A stretch of 64,000 nucleotides of DNA from Squalus acanthias (taxonomy: Eukaryota). Made by a program: the position numbers and the translations under genes. The first letter of the stretch is position 1; every line of letters begins with the position of its first letter. Below the pieces are notes generated by a model. The model was not told the origin of the DNA, did no database searches, and worked only from the letters and a program-made list of their open reading frames with translations. The stretch covers positions 77,068,001-77,132,000 of the forward strand of contig CM059432.1 of NCBI GenBank assembly GCA_030390025.1, read 5' to 3'. This document shows, piece after piece, positions 38,045 to 49,710 of the stretch.

Positions 38045-39946
38045 TCATGGCTGATCATCCAAATTCAGTACCCTGTCCCTGCTTTCTCCCCATATCCCCT
38101 TAGCCTTAAGAAATATATCTGACTCCTTCTTGAATATATTTAATGAATTGGCCTCAATTGCCTTCTGTGGTCGAGAATTCCACAGGTTCACCACTCTCTG
38201 GGTGAAGAAATTCCTCCTCATCTCAGTCCGAAATGGCTTACCCCTTATCCTTAGACTGTGACCCCTGGTTCTGGACTCCCCCGCCATCGGGAACATCCTT
38301 CCTGCATCTAGTCTGTCTAGTCCTGTTAGAATTTTATAAGTTTCAATGAGATCCCCTCTCATTCTTCTAAACTCTAGCGAATATAAGCCTAATTGACCCA
38401 ATCTCTCCTCATACGTCATTCCTGCCATCCCAGGTATCAGTCTGGTGAATCTTCGCTGCATTCCCTCCATGGCAAGAACATCCTTCCTCAGATAAGGTGA
38501 CCAAAACTGCACACAATACTCAAGGTGTGGTCTCACCAAGGCCCTGTACAACTGCAGCAAGACATCCTTGCTCCTGTACTCGAATCCTCTCGCTATGAAG
38601 GCCAACATACCATTTGCCTTCTTAACCGCCTGCTGCAGCTGCATGCTTACCTTCAGCGACTGGTGCACAAAGGCACCCAGGTCTCGTTGCACTTCCCCTT
38701 TTCCCAATCTATTGCCGTTCAGATAATAATCTGCCTTCCTGTTTTTGCCACCAAAGTGGATAACCTCACATTTATCCACATTATACTGCATCTGCCATGC
38801 AGCTGCCAAATCACCCAACCTGTCCAAATCATACTGGAGTTTCTCTGCATCCTCCTCACAGCACACACGCCCACCCAGCTTTGTGTCGTCTGCAAACTTG
38901 GAGATATTACATCTAGTTCCCTCGTCTAGATCATTAATATATATTGTGAATAACTGGGGTCCTAGCACCGATCCCTGCGGTACCCCACTAGTCACTGCCT
39001 GCCACTCGGAAAAAGACCCGTTTATCCCAAACCTTTGCTTCCTGTCTGCCAACCAGTTCTCTATCCAAGTCAGTACCTTACCCCCAATCCCATGTGCTTT
39101 AACTTTGCACGCTAATCTCTTATGTGGGACCTTAACGAAAGCCTTCTGAAAGTCCAAATACACCACATCCACTGGTTCTCCCTTATCTATTCTATCAGTT
39201 ACATCCTCAAAAAATTCCAGTAGATTAGTCAAGCATGATTTACCTTTTGTAAATCCATGTTGACTTTGTCCGATCCTGTCACTGTTTTCCAAGTGCTCTG
39301 CTATTACATCTTTTATAATGGACTCTAGCATTTTCCCCACTACCGATGTCAGGCTTACCGGTCTATAATTCCCCGTTTTCTCTCTACCACCTTTTTTAAA
39401 TAGTGGGGTTACATAAGCTACCCTCCAATCCATGGGAACTGTTCCAGAGTCTATAGAATTTTGGAAGATGACCAGCAATGCATCTACCATTTCTAGGGCC
39501 ACTTCCTTAAGTACCCTAGGATGTAGATTATCAGGCCCTGGGGATTTGTAGGCCTTCAATCCCATCAATTTCCCTAACACCATTTCCCTACAAATACTGA
39601 TTTCATTCAGTTCCTCCCTCTCATTAGACCGTATGTTCCTGGACATCTCTGGGAGGTTATTTGTGTCCTCCTTTGTGAAGACAGAACCAAAGTATTTATT
39701 TAATTGGTCTGCCATTTCTTTGTTCCCCATTATAATTTCCCCTGATTCTGACTGCAAGGGACCTACGCTTGACTTCACCAATCTTTTTCTCTTCACATAT
39801 CTATAGAAGCTTTTACAGTCAGTTTTTATGTTCCCTGCAAGCTTACTCTCATACTCTATTTCCCCCCTCTTAATTAATCCCTTTGTCCTCCTTTGCTGAA
39901 TCCTAAACTGCTCCCAATCCTCAGGTTTGCTGCTTTTTCTGGCCAA
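38045..39946 (-). CDS. CR1 ORF2 segment with complete reverse transcriptase domain (633 aa open)
   Basis: KSPGPDNLHPRVLKE, NYRPVSLTS, YLDFQKAF, GVPQGSVLGP, FADDTK, RNFFTQRVVNLWN. Confidence 0.92.
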   Translation of the reverse strand: MARKSSKPEDWEQFRIQQRRTKGLIKRGEIEYESKLAGNIKTDCKSFYRYVKRKRLVKSSVGPLQSESGEIIMGNKEMADQLNKYFGSVFTKEDTNNLPEMSRNIRSNEREELNEISICREMVLGKLMGLKAYKSPGPDNLHPRVLKEVALEMVDALLVIFQNSIDSGTVPMDWRVAYVTPLFKKGGREKTGNYRPVSLTSVVGKMLESIIKDVIAEHLENSDRIGQSQHGFTKGKSCLTNLLEFFEDVTDRIDKGEPVDVVYLDFQKAFVKVPHKRLACKVKAHGIGGKVLTWIENWLADRKQRFGINGSFSEWQAVTSGVPQGSVLGPQLFTIYINDLDEGTRCNISKFADDTKLGGRVCCEEDAEKLQYDLDRLGDLAAAWQMQYNVDKCEVIHFGGKNRKADYYLNGNRLGKGEVQRDLGAFVHQSLKVSMQLQQAVKKANGMLAFIARGFEYRSKDVLLQLYRALVRPHLEYCVQFWSPYLRKDVLAMEGMQRRFTRLIPGMAGMTYEERLGQLGLYSLEFRRMRGDLIETYKILTGLDRLDAGRMFPMAGESRTRGHSLRIRGKPFRTEMRRNFFTQRVVNLWNSRPQKAIEANSLNIFKKESDIFLKAKGIWGESRDRVLNLDDQP

Positions 39947-40304
39947 TTTTTATGTCCTCTCCTTGGATCTTATGCTATCCCTAATTTCCCTTGTTAGCCA
40001 CGGTTGAGTCACCTTTTTTGTTTTATTTTTATGCCAAACAGGGATGAACAAATTCTGTAGTTCATCCATGCGATCTTTAAATGTTTGCCATTGCCTATCC
40101 ACCGTCAACCCTTTAAGTAACATTCCCCAATCCATCCTAGCCAACTCGCTCCTCATACCATCATACCCCTGGATGTTGAATTCCCAGCCTTGGTCACCCT
40201 GGAGCTATGTCTCCGTAATCCCAATTATATCATATCCGTTTACATCTATTTGCGCAGCTAATTCATCCACCTTATTATGAATGCTCCTTGCATTAAGACA
40301 CAAA

Positions 40305-41146
40305 GGGCTGGATTTTCAATGACCCGTGGAGTCAGGTTTGGAGGCGGGTGGGGGGTGGGGGGTGGTAGTTAAAGTTGCAGATTCGGGGGTCCCGACCCCA
40401 TCCCGACTCTAACCCGCCTCCATTCCAGTTTCTCTGGCGGCGGGTACCCAACCTGTTCTGAGACCCGACTCCCCGAGGCGGGAAGGGATTAGTGACAATT
40501 AACTGCCTGTTAACAGGTAGTTAACAGGCAGTTTTTTGCATAATCCCTATTTTAAAAAGAAAAGTGTGGGCTTCCCGACAGGTGGCAACCACGCCAAGTT
40601 ATCGGGGCGGGCCTTGGGTCTGCAGGGGTTGGAGGGGTCGATATGTCCGGTAGGCAGGTGAGTGATGGGTGCATGTGTGCAGAGGTAAGTGTGTAAGGTA
40701 AGTGCTAAGTGTTGGAAAAAGTTTTACTTACCTTAACTTCCTCCTGCAGGTGTCAGCCCTTCAGTTCTCGGGAGTTAGAAATCTCACCGGCACAGAAAGC
40801 AGGAAAGCCGTGGTTCTGTCAAAACCTGCAGCCTTCTGTTTTCTGTGCTGGAATGATTTCTAACTCAGCCTGAGAGGAAGGACTGAAGTTAGAAATCATA
40901 TTGTGAGTGTTTGACAGCTTCACAGAGCTGTCAAACGCTGATATTTCATCTGTCAAAAGCACTTGACAGATGAAATGTCAGTCTGTGATGTCACCTGATG
41001 CCGGGTGGCCCTTAATTGGCCTGCTGAGCCCACTGGTCAATCAAGGGAAAATACAGTGGGTTGGCCACATCTCGATGGAGGCGGGTTCACAAGCCAGAAT
41101 GTGTGATTCCCGACCCCAACCCGACCCCAGATTCAAAATCCAGCCC
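40305..41146 (+). mobile_element. Hairpin-rich MITE, copy 4 (variant TIRs), inside CR1
   Basis: 12-bp TIRs GGGCTGGATTTT / AAAATCCAGCCC with perfect 3-bp TSD AAA. Internal blocks shared with copies 1-3: TTAACTGCCTGTTAACAGGTAGTTAA, TTTGACAGCTT..AGCTGTCAAAC, CAATCAAGGGAAAATA. Confidence 0.92.
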
Positions 41147-43572
41147 AAAGCCTTCAGGCTTGTTTTTTTAACACTCTTAGACCTTTTAGAATTATTGTTT
41201 ACTGTGGCCATGTTTGATTTACACCCTTGATTTCTCTGACTTCCACTTTTGCTTTTCTCCTTCCTGTCTTTTGCTTCTATCCTTGCTTCCCTTTCCTCTG
41301 TCTCCCTGCACAGGTTCCCAACCCCCTGCCATTTTAGTTTAAACCCTCCCCAACAGCACTAGCAAACACTCCCCCTAGGACATCGGTCCTGGTCTTGCCC
41401 AGGTGCAAACCGTCCAGTTTGTACTGGTCCCACCTCCCCAGAACCGGTTCCAATGTCCCAGGAATTTGAATCCCTCCCCCTTGCACCATTCCTCTAGCCA
41501 CGTGTTCATCTGAAATATCCTTCTATTTCTACTCTGACTAGCACGTGGCACTGGTAGCAATCCTGAGATTACTACCTTTGATGTCCTATTTTTTAATTTA
41601 GCTCCTAACTCCCTATATTCAGCTTTTAAGACCTCATCCCGTTTTTTTACCTATATCGTTGGTACCTATATGCACCACGACAACTGGCTGTTCACCCTCC
41701 CCCTCCAGAATGCCCTGCAGCCGCTCCGAGACATCCTTGACCCTTGCACCAGGGACCTGGAGTCTCGTTTGCGGCCGCAGAAATGCCTATCTATTCTCCT
41801 TACAATAGAATTCCCTATCGCTATAGCTCTCCCGCTCTTTTTCCTCCCGTCCTGTGCAGCAGAACCACCCATGGTGCCAGGAAGTTGGCTGCTGCTGCCT
41901 TCCCCCGATAAGCCATCTCCCTCAACAATATCCAAAGTGGTATATCTGTTTGAGAGGGGGATGTCCACAGGGGACCCCTGCACTACCTGCCTGCGCCTAC
42001 TACTCTGCCTGGTGGTCACCCATTCCCTTCCTGCCTGTGCAGCCTTTACCTGCGGTGTGACCAACTCATTAAACGTGCTATCCACGACGTCCTCAGCATC
42101 GCGAATGCTCCAGTATGTATCCATTTGCAGCTCCAGCGCTGTAATGCGGTCTGCCAGTAGCTGCAGCTGGATACACTTCCCGCACACATGGTTGTCAGGG
42201 ACACAGGAAGTGTCCCTGATTTCCCACATAGTGTAGGAGGTGCATGATGGGTCTAGACAGAATAGAGAGAGAAAAACTGTTCCCATTGGTGGAAGGGTCG
42301 AGAACCAGACGACACAGATTTAAGGTGATTGGCAGAAGAACCAAATGCAACATGAGGAAAAAAAATTTATGCAGCGAGTGGTTATGATCTAGAATGCACT
42401 ACCTGAAAGGGTGGTGGAGGCAGATTCAATCGTGGCTTTCAAAAGGGAGTTGGATAAGTACCTGAAGGAAAAAAATTTGCAGGGCCACGGGGAAAGGGCG
42501 GGGGAGTGGGACTAGCTCAAGTGTTCTTGCAGAGAGCCGGCATGGGCTTGACGGGCCGAATGGCCTCCTTCTGTGCTGTAACCATTCGATGATTCTATGT
42601 AACAGATTATAACAAGATAAGCTGTTATCAACATTGAAGCCAATATCCATGGAAGATATCAAATTGTATGCCCTCAAAAACTGCATTAAACGTTTCTCTA
42701 ACGGCTACTGTATTTGCATATCTTGAACAGGGGCAACAGGGTGGCTTACTCACATATAAAATTTCTGTCTTGCAAACCTGAAATTCCTGATCACACTAAT
42801 TTTTCCAGCAATTAAGTGCAAATATCCTACAAATGAAAACAGCAAGTTTTGGCAAATATTGCTCCACCTACAGTATAAAATATGACCAGGGCATCATTCC
42901 CATCATTTATACATATCGAGTTGATTTTATCCTGCCAACATCAGTTTTACCCGTTGAGGGTGGGGAGTGGAGAGGAGTATCGGGCTCCAAATGCAACCAG
43001 TAGCCTTACCGTCCCATTAACCCCATCGATCAGCCCGCTGCTACTTTCACAAGGGTCTACCGCTGGGATGGCCGAAGCCTCCGATGTACATAGGAGCCCG
43101 ATTGCCATTTCAGGATAGAACTGGTCGGTTCACCGTGTGCTGTGCATGCTCCAACTAGTTCCACTGACAACAAAGCTGAAGAGGCCCTGGAATGGCAAGT
43201 GCTCCTCTGGGCTCCACAAAATTACTGTGGGCTTGCTCCCCTCAGCCTCGCTTCCCCTTCTCTCCCAGGATCTACCAGCATCCTAGCCAGCTGGCATTCC
43301 TGTAACCCAAAACCGGCAAGCTGCCTCGGGACGCTCATTTGGCATCCTCAGCCCGCCGATCGGATTGAAATGAAGCCTGGGCTTCAAAATCATGGCGGCT
43401 TCTTCTCCGCCAGAATGGGTGGCGGCTGGTCAGTAGCTTCCAAGTCCAAATCTACCACAATCTGTTTACAGCTCATCAGTTTTCACCAGTAACCAAGTGA
43501 AGACTAATACCTCAAATTGATACATTGCTTGTAAAAGTACAGGAGGCACTCTATATTAGCAGCTATATGTCC

Positions 43573-44246
43573 TGATTAATCCACAACCCAAAAATATAAT
43601 TAAAAAATACACACAAAAATAAAACAAAAAACCCATTACAAAATGCAATATGTGCATCTGAAACCAGTAGCATGCTGGGTCAGCTCAGATTGGTTTCAGA
43701 AATATACACTGAAATTAGGCAGCATTTTCAGTCAGACCACCAGAATATGTTTTAATTCTGCACGTCGAAGTCCTCGGAAATGCTGTACTGTCACGGATTT
43801 CATCAGAAATGAACCAGGCCTATTTACACAATCTACCATTTCTGCGAATCCTGTAACGTGCAGTAGAAATGTTAATCTAATGATATTCTGAAAGGTTTAC
43901 TGACTTCAAGTCTGTTGTCAAATTTTCGCTAACAGGAGTAATTTAAATTTAATGAGAGAGCGAGAACAGGGAGACATTGATGGGCGCGGAACTTAGTGTA
44001 CATATTGCTGTCACCTGTCAAGTTTGTTTTTATTGCAGAATAAAAGATTGTCACCTCATATGTTTTTGATGTTGTGATTAATCCACAACCCAAAAATGTG
44101 TCATAATTAACAAATACATACAAAATTAAAACAAAAAAAATTACAAAATGCAATATGTGCATTTGAAAACAATAGTTTGACACAATATTCATGCTGGGTC
44201 AGCTCAGATTGGTTTCAGAAATATACATTGAAATTAGGCAGCATTT
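43573..44246. repeat. Local direct duplication (43573-43726 and 44075-44246)
   Basis: Shared TGATTAATCCACAACCCAAAAA, TTACAAAATGCAATATGTGCAT and CATGCTGGGTCAGCTCAGATTGGTTTCAGAAATATACA. Confidence 0.85.
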
Positions 44247-44338
44247 CAAAGGTTAGTCAGATTGCGCTTTGCCTTCACTTATCATCATACAATCAAAAAC
44301 GAATGGTTATATTTATGTATTTCAATGGTAGAAACTAA

Positions 44339-45072
44339 GGCCTAAAAATTCGGTTGCTGGGCGCTAACGGGACGCAAAGCAACTAGCGCCTGGGCGCTGC
44401 GCCGCCAACGCCTCCCGTGAAATTCAGCGGGAGGTTAGCGGCAGCGGTAACCGTTAGCGCCCCGCGGTGCTACGCCGCCGGCGATGACGTAATCGCCATG
44501 CCCAACGCCCCGCTCGCGCCCCAGCCGCGATCTTCGGTAGCGCCCCCTGACTTACCACCGGATGCTATGTCCGACGGGGTCAGGGGGGCCTACCTGCAGT
44601 TAGGGAGGTGCAAATTAAAAGGGAGGTGCAGGGTGGCCATTTTTGTTGCTGGCCGCCTGCCAGCACCTGCCCCCTCTGCCGTCCTCGGCCTCCTCTGAAG
44701 CCCCCCCGCGGGGTGCTGGCTGCGCTCCATGAGCCCGGCACTTCTCTTGAGTGCCGGGCTCTTTTGATGGCACTCTGATCCCTGGTGGCCCAGCTGGACC
44801 CCGGGTCGTGCTGTGCAAGGCCCCTCCCCTTTAAGAAGGGGAGGAAGGCCTGCAGTACCGTGGCGCGACGTGACGCAGCGCCATCGTAGCGCCGCGATAT
44901 TCACTCGCAGTGCCCCAAGGGGTAGGCGGGGCGCTTCCAGTAGCACCCCGCTTCCCTCTTGGGGTGCTACCGATGAATTTCGGCCGCGGGGGCGCTAATT
45001 TTTTCGGGGTGCTAAAAGTAGCACCCCAGCAAAGTTAGCGCCCCAAAGGGGGCGCGACTCAATTTTTCCCCC
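44339..45072. mobile_element. CpG-rich PIF/Harbinger MITE
   Basis: TAA TSD. Imperfect TIRs GGCCTAAAAATTCGGT / ACTCAATTTTTCCCCC. Subterminal sequence shared with 56315-57181. Confidence 0.8.
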
Positions 45073-45999
45073 TAATGCTTTAGACTCTTGACATTTAAAA
45101 AGAAAAGAAACCTACAGGGAAACACATACTCCACAGCATGGCAATATTCGTGGCAATCACTTGCAGTATTAGCTCTGAATTTTCCACAATGTTTTCTATG
45201 CAGGTCACCCATACGCATCAATAATAAAAGTTTTCCAATCTAAGATATGCAAAAGGAGTTGTGTTTCTCCTGGGTTTAATCGCCTGGCTCTCTCTCATCC
45301 TCTTGCACCTTCACGCTTTATCACTGGTGGATATTATATGCATTCAGAAGTTTATACCGAGGGGAAACCCAGTCTAATACTAATACACATAATTCTATTT
45401 TTAAGATTTATATATATATATATATACACATACACACACACACAACAAAATGTCCCCATCTATCTTAGTACAGAAGTTCATCCACCTACACTGGCAAGAA
45501 ACTATAGTAGAACTTTATTTTAAAGAATAAGCTACACAATGGACCTTTATCTGTCTGGGACGTTTGCTGTGCACAGCTAAATACAGGCCAAAGTTATCAA
45601 CGAATTAGGAAACCCATATGTCAACCGATTTGTGAATAAAGTACAATAGCGCCAGAAATCCATGGAGCCATTTACAGCGATGTTGGACTTCTGCCGGACA
45701 ATCCTCTCCAAAGCTAACTCTGCCATAAATGGCGGAGCCAACTCATGTGCATATTTCGTGACATTTCAGTGCAACTCCTGGAGAACGTGGGAGTAGTGCA
45801 CAGGGGTGGTGAGGCAGGGAACTTGGAAATTAGGAGAGCAGCCTTTAAAAAGCCAAGAGTGATTGAAAATTGCTGCAGCCATCTGAGGGAGCAGCAGGTA
45901 AGTAGGGAAGTGTTTCATATAGTCAGGTGACTGCATTAAAGCAGGTCTTCAAGTGGAGAACCTGGCAGAGGCACCAAAAGAGGTGAGCAGTGCTTTGGA

Positions 46000-46190
46000 A
46001 GAAGGCCAAGAAAAAGCTCACAATTTCAACTTACAGACACTCCTAGATCAGATGCAGCAAAGGAGAGAAAGCCCATGGAGGAAACCGCAGAAAAAGACCT
46101 CTCGTGTCATGTGGAGGGAGGTGGTAGTGACACTGAGTGCCACCTCTCTCACTCCCAAGATAACAGACCTGTGCTGGAAAAATGGCCTGA
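46000..46190 (+). pseudogene. Decayed Harbinger Myb/SANT-like fragment
   Basis: ORF 45953: KAHNFNLQTLLDQMQQRRESPWRKPQKKTSRVMWREVVVTLSATSLTPKITDLCWK. Same pattern as 20150-20800. Confidence 0.55.
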
Positions 46191-49189
46191 TGAAGGCAGG
46201 CAAGGTAATGCACCAGCCACTGTTTGTTCTTTCTTGGGTAGCATAGGCACCAAAAAAAAAGTTCACAATCTAAAATCAATAGCTACAGTAAGCCTTCAAA
46301 ATTGCATTGTTGGGCACCTCGTGAAACACAACACTGCGGCCTGTCTGTAGGAATCCCAGGGATAAGCTGAAGACAGGTGGCCTTTTTCTTACTCCCCATA
46401 TCCCCTTCCCAGCATTGTTGTATGTCACTGCAGATTTTTAGCTGCTGATCTCTGTAAGTAGCTAGATGGCCCCAACCTCAGCTGCCCTGCAGCTGTGCTT
46501 AAATTTCCTGCCCCTTCTTGCAGTGCTACGTCGTGCCAGACGGGGGTGGGTCTGCTGTGGGAGGCAGAGGGCGAGGGGAAGGCACCCTGCCATGTTAATG
46601 ACAAGAAATCCAAATGCTCCTGAGCCTGGACCAGAGCAATTCTCTTTAGGAATGCTCCAGAGCTGGGGCGGGGGGAAACATGAAAATCTGCCCTCAACCT
46701 TTTCCAGTCCTTACACATACCTCAGTCCTCTGATAATCCATAGACATGCACTTTCTGGCAGTAGTCACTGGGTACCCACCAGGAGTACAGCTCCAGCCAA
46801 GTTTTTCCTTTCCCAAACCTGAGGACAACTATAGCCTGCCCATTGCTGCCCCAGGAAAAATCAGCCAACTCAGCAAGACCAGCGAATGAAACTTCACGGG
46901 CTGCATTCCGAGTGCCAGATCAACTGGCAAATCTCCTCACTGAGCTTTTGGGAAACCTTGCTTTCATTCTAAATGTTAATTTGAAGGCAAGTTGCATAAT
47001 CTTGTAAATTCAGAATTAATTTAACAAAGTGGCACCAGTATATAGTAACAAAAATGTAGAAGATTTATCTGATGTAGTCAATAATGATTTAGGAAAGGTC
47101 AAAATCTATATAATTGTGTTCATTCTCATTCATTCTCTTTCAATGGGGTCAATAAACTAGTCCTGATGCAATTGAAAGCACTCAAAAGGTTGGGAGAGGA
47201 TTTCTTGCACCAGTAGCTCTTAAAAGGCTGGCTGGCCTATAAATTGTACTTCTGCTGGGTTTCAGAATGATTGAGGAATTATGGTCAAATTCAGTGATCA
47301 GGTGCTGCAGGTACGCAGTGGAAGGTAGCCCTAGTTGGAGGAGAGGGCAACTTGTAATAAAAACAGCAGCATGGATGGACGTGACAGAGCACAAAAATAT
47401 AATCTCACCTCTGACCTGAACTGGGAATAGGTGACGAAGAAATTCTCTGGGTTGCAAAAGGTTGTCAAGTTAAGTGTGTTAACATGCGGCCATAATAGGT
47501 TGTCTTGCAAGGCATCAATGTTGCTCCTCACTGTCAACTTGGTATCCCAGAGGGAGATTGCAATGAAATTTGTCAAATGTTAATCCTTTGAAATGCACAG
47601 GCACGTTCATCTTTTTCCAGAGCACTGTGTAATGTTACCATATCAAATAACTGACTGTGTTGCCTATTAAATGTGACAAGTAACAAGCACCAAGTTCAAT
47701 GTTGCATGTTCGCATGCTCATATAAGGTAGCTAGTGTCCTGCGCTCTGGGATCGCACACATCTTCTTGCACATTCATCTTTCCAACATATGTCCCTTTTA
47801 CATCTGATTGCAAGAGAAATCTGCATGCAAACAGGAGGAGAGTCACCAAAGATGTAACCCTTGACTATGTATGGGAAATCCTTGGAAACTCTGGGCATTG
47901 AGGCAATAAAGGGAATGGGGGATGGTGAGCTTGGAGTCTCCCCTAAGATTGTGGCTAGTATCCTTTGGTTTTTAATCATTATCTTCTTATTCACTCACTC
48001 ATGCACTCCCTCACATATAGGTAGACCTTGCAGCCTCGGTGTAACTGCAATTTCTTGCCATGTGAAACAATGTTTCAAGGGGTGTCTTACTGCAAGCATT
48101 GTAAAGTATGTTCTTCTTCTGCTCTCCCAGGTGTCCAAAAGGGGGTGGTGCCCGAGTACAAGGTACAACCTCACAACACCCTATGTCATCCACTCTTACC
48201 AGTAGCAAGCACCATCACAGATATATCCACTGTGGAAGAGTCAGCTACTGAGTTACAGAAGAGAACACTTGGTGAAGCACAGAGCACAATTAAGGAAGAG
48301 CAAATGTAAATGGAATTGCAAGAAACACAACCTGCTGGGAAGAAGCCAGCTTGAGGGTTCCTTCAGTTGCTGAGTCCAGGGATTTGCACCTCAGAAGACC
48401 TGTATGCAAACATACAGTGTTAACTCAACATCAGCACTTCAGGAAGTCACTTGAGAGTTTGCCAAGTAGCATATACAGTGCGGTAACATCAATAAAGAGA
48501 CTACTATCCACTTCTGTGCAGTACTAATGACCGCCTTACTGAGCAGCAGTCCACCGTGGAGAATTTAAAAAAAATTAATTCTCAGGATGTGGGCATCACT
48601 GGCAAGGCCAGCATATATTACACATCCTTAGATACAAATGAGAGGCTTGCTAGGTCGCTTCAGAGGGCAACTTTCAGCGGTCATTTTTACTGGTACCAGC
48701 TTTTATTTCCAGATTTCTAAAATTCAATTCAAATTCTCTAACTGCCATGATGGGTTCTCTGGATTATTAGTCCAAACTAAATCAGTTACATGATTACTAC
48801 ACCACCATGGCCATTCCAGTGGTCTCTATAGTAGATGCCTCATTGGCCAAGATTATAAAGTCAGGCATAGCAACCATCATGAATGCCATGACTGGGGCTA
48901 TACAGTTCTCAGGCTCCAATCTACAGCTTTCTTTGGTTCACTAGTTTGGTGAATCAGCTTGAGTCAGCCATCATGTAGAGCTTCAGCAACCTTATCAGTG
49001 TGCAGCAGTTTGTTCTCACACAGACCTGTCGGTGTACTGAAGGACTCCCCAGCAGCAAGGAAATGATAGAAGCTGATATGGACGATGACGATGGGTCTCA
49101 GGATGATGACACATCTGTACCTCCCTGCCACTTCATTTGAAATGATGTCAGATGTATCTCACAACAATAGTGGCACCACTGAGGGTTGT

Positions 49190-49447
49190 AGCGCTGAAGG
49201 AGGTTACAGAGATAGGGAGGGGCGAGGCCATGGAGCAATCTGAACCAGGATGAGAATTTTTAAATCGAGGCATTGCCGAACCAGGAGTCAATGTAGGTCA
49301 GCGAGCAAAGGGGTGATGGGTGAACGGAACTTGGTGCGAGTTAGGATATGGGCAGAAGAGTTCTGGATGAGCTCAGGTTTATGGAGGGTGAAAGGTGGGA
49401 GGCTGGCCAGGGGAGCACTGGAATAATCGAGTCTGGAGGTAACAAAG
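49190..49447 (-). mobile_element. L2 LINE fragment
   Basis: AFVTSRLDYSS..LASLP...LIQNSSAHILTRTKFRSPITPLLADLH is the characteristic L2 ORF2 C-terminus. Confidence 0.8.
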
Positions 49448-49710
49448 GCTCTCCCTTGTTGGAGTTGGTCACTGCCTGGCACTTGTGTGGTGCAAATGTT
49501 ACTTGCCGCTTATCAAGTCAAGCCTGGATGGTGTCCAGATCTTGCTGCATATGGGCATGGACCACTTCATTATCTGCTGAATTACCAATGGAACTGAACA
49601 CTGTGCAATCATCAGCGAACAGCCCCACTTCTGACTTTATGATGGAGGGAAGGTCGTTGATGAAGCAGCTGAAGACAGTTGGGGAAAGAACACTGCCCTT
49701 TGGAACTCCA
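49448..49710 (-). mobile_element. RT fragment of the LINE family at 59074-61520
   Basis: Reverse complement of ~60560-60820 (GAACACTGTGCAATCATCAGCGAAC corresponds to FADDCTVF). Confidence 0.8.

Larger units (their letters stand above)
37972..42242 (-). mobile_element. Young near-full-length CR1 (ORF1 zinc finger plus esterase, and ORF2) nested in another CR1
   Basis: ORF1 remnants at 41375-42240 (CTSY..HVCGKC, LSNRY, GNSIVR, RRIFQMNTWLEEWC). ORF2 has an endonuclease deletion near 40165. (TTCTATGT)n tail at 37972-37987. Confidence 0.95.
36109..42600 (+). mobile_element. CR1 LINE (RT to 3' end), split into 36109-37974 and 42243-42600 by nested insertions
   Basis: RT motifs YMDFQKAFD, GVPQGSV and FADDTK. 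The sequence stops at GTGTTCAAAATCAT and resumes at CATGATGGGTCTAGACAG. Ends in an ATTCGATGATTCTATG tail. Confidence 0.92.

Noticed and set aside
38525..39149. 134-aa plus-strand ORFs
   Set aside because: Antisense shadows of CR1 ORF2.
47180..48300. Possible Harbinger transposase remnant (e.g. GYIFGDS)
   Set aside because: Only isolated short resemblances. No colinear DDE motifs could be established by eye.
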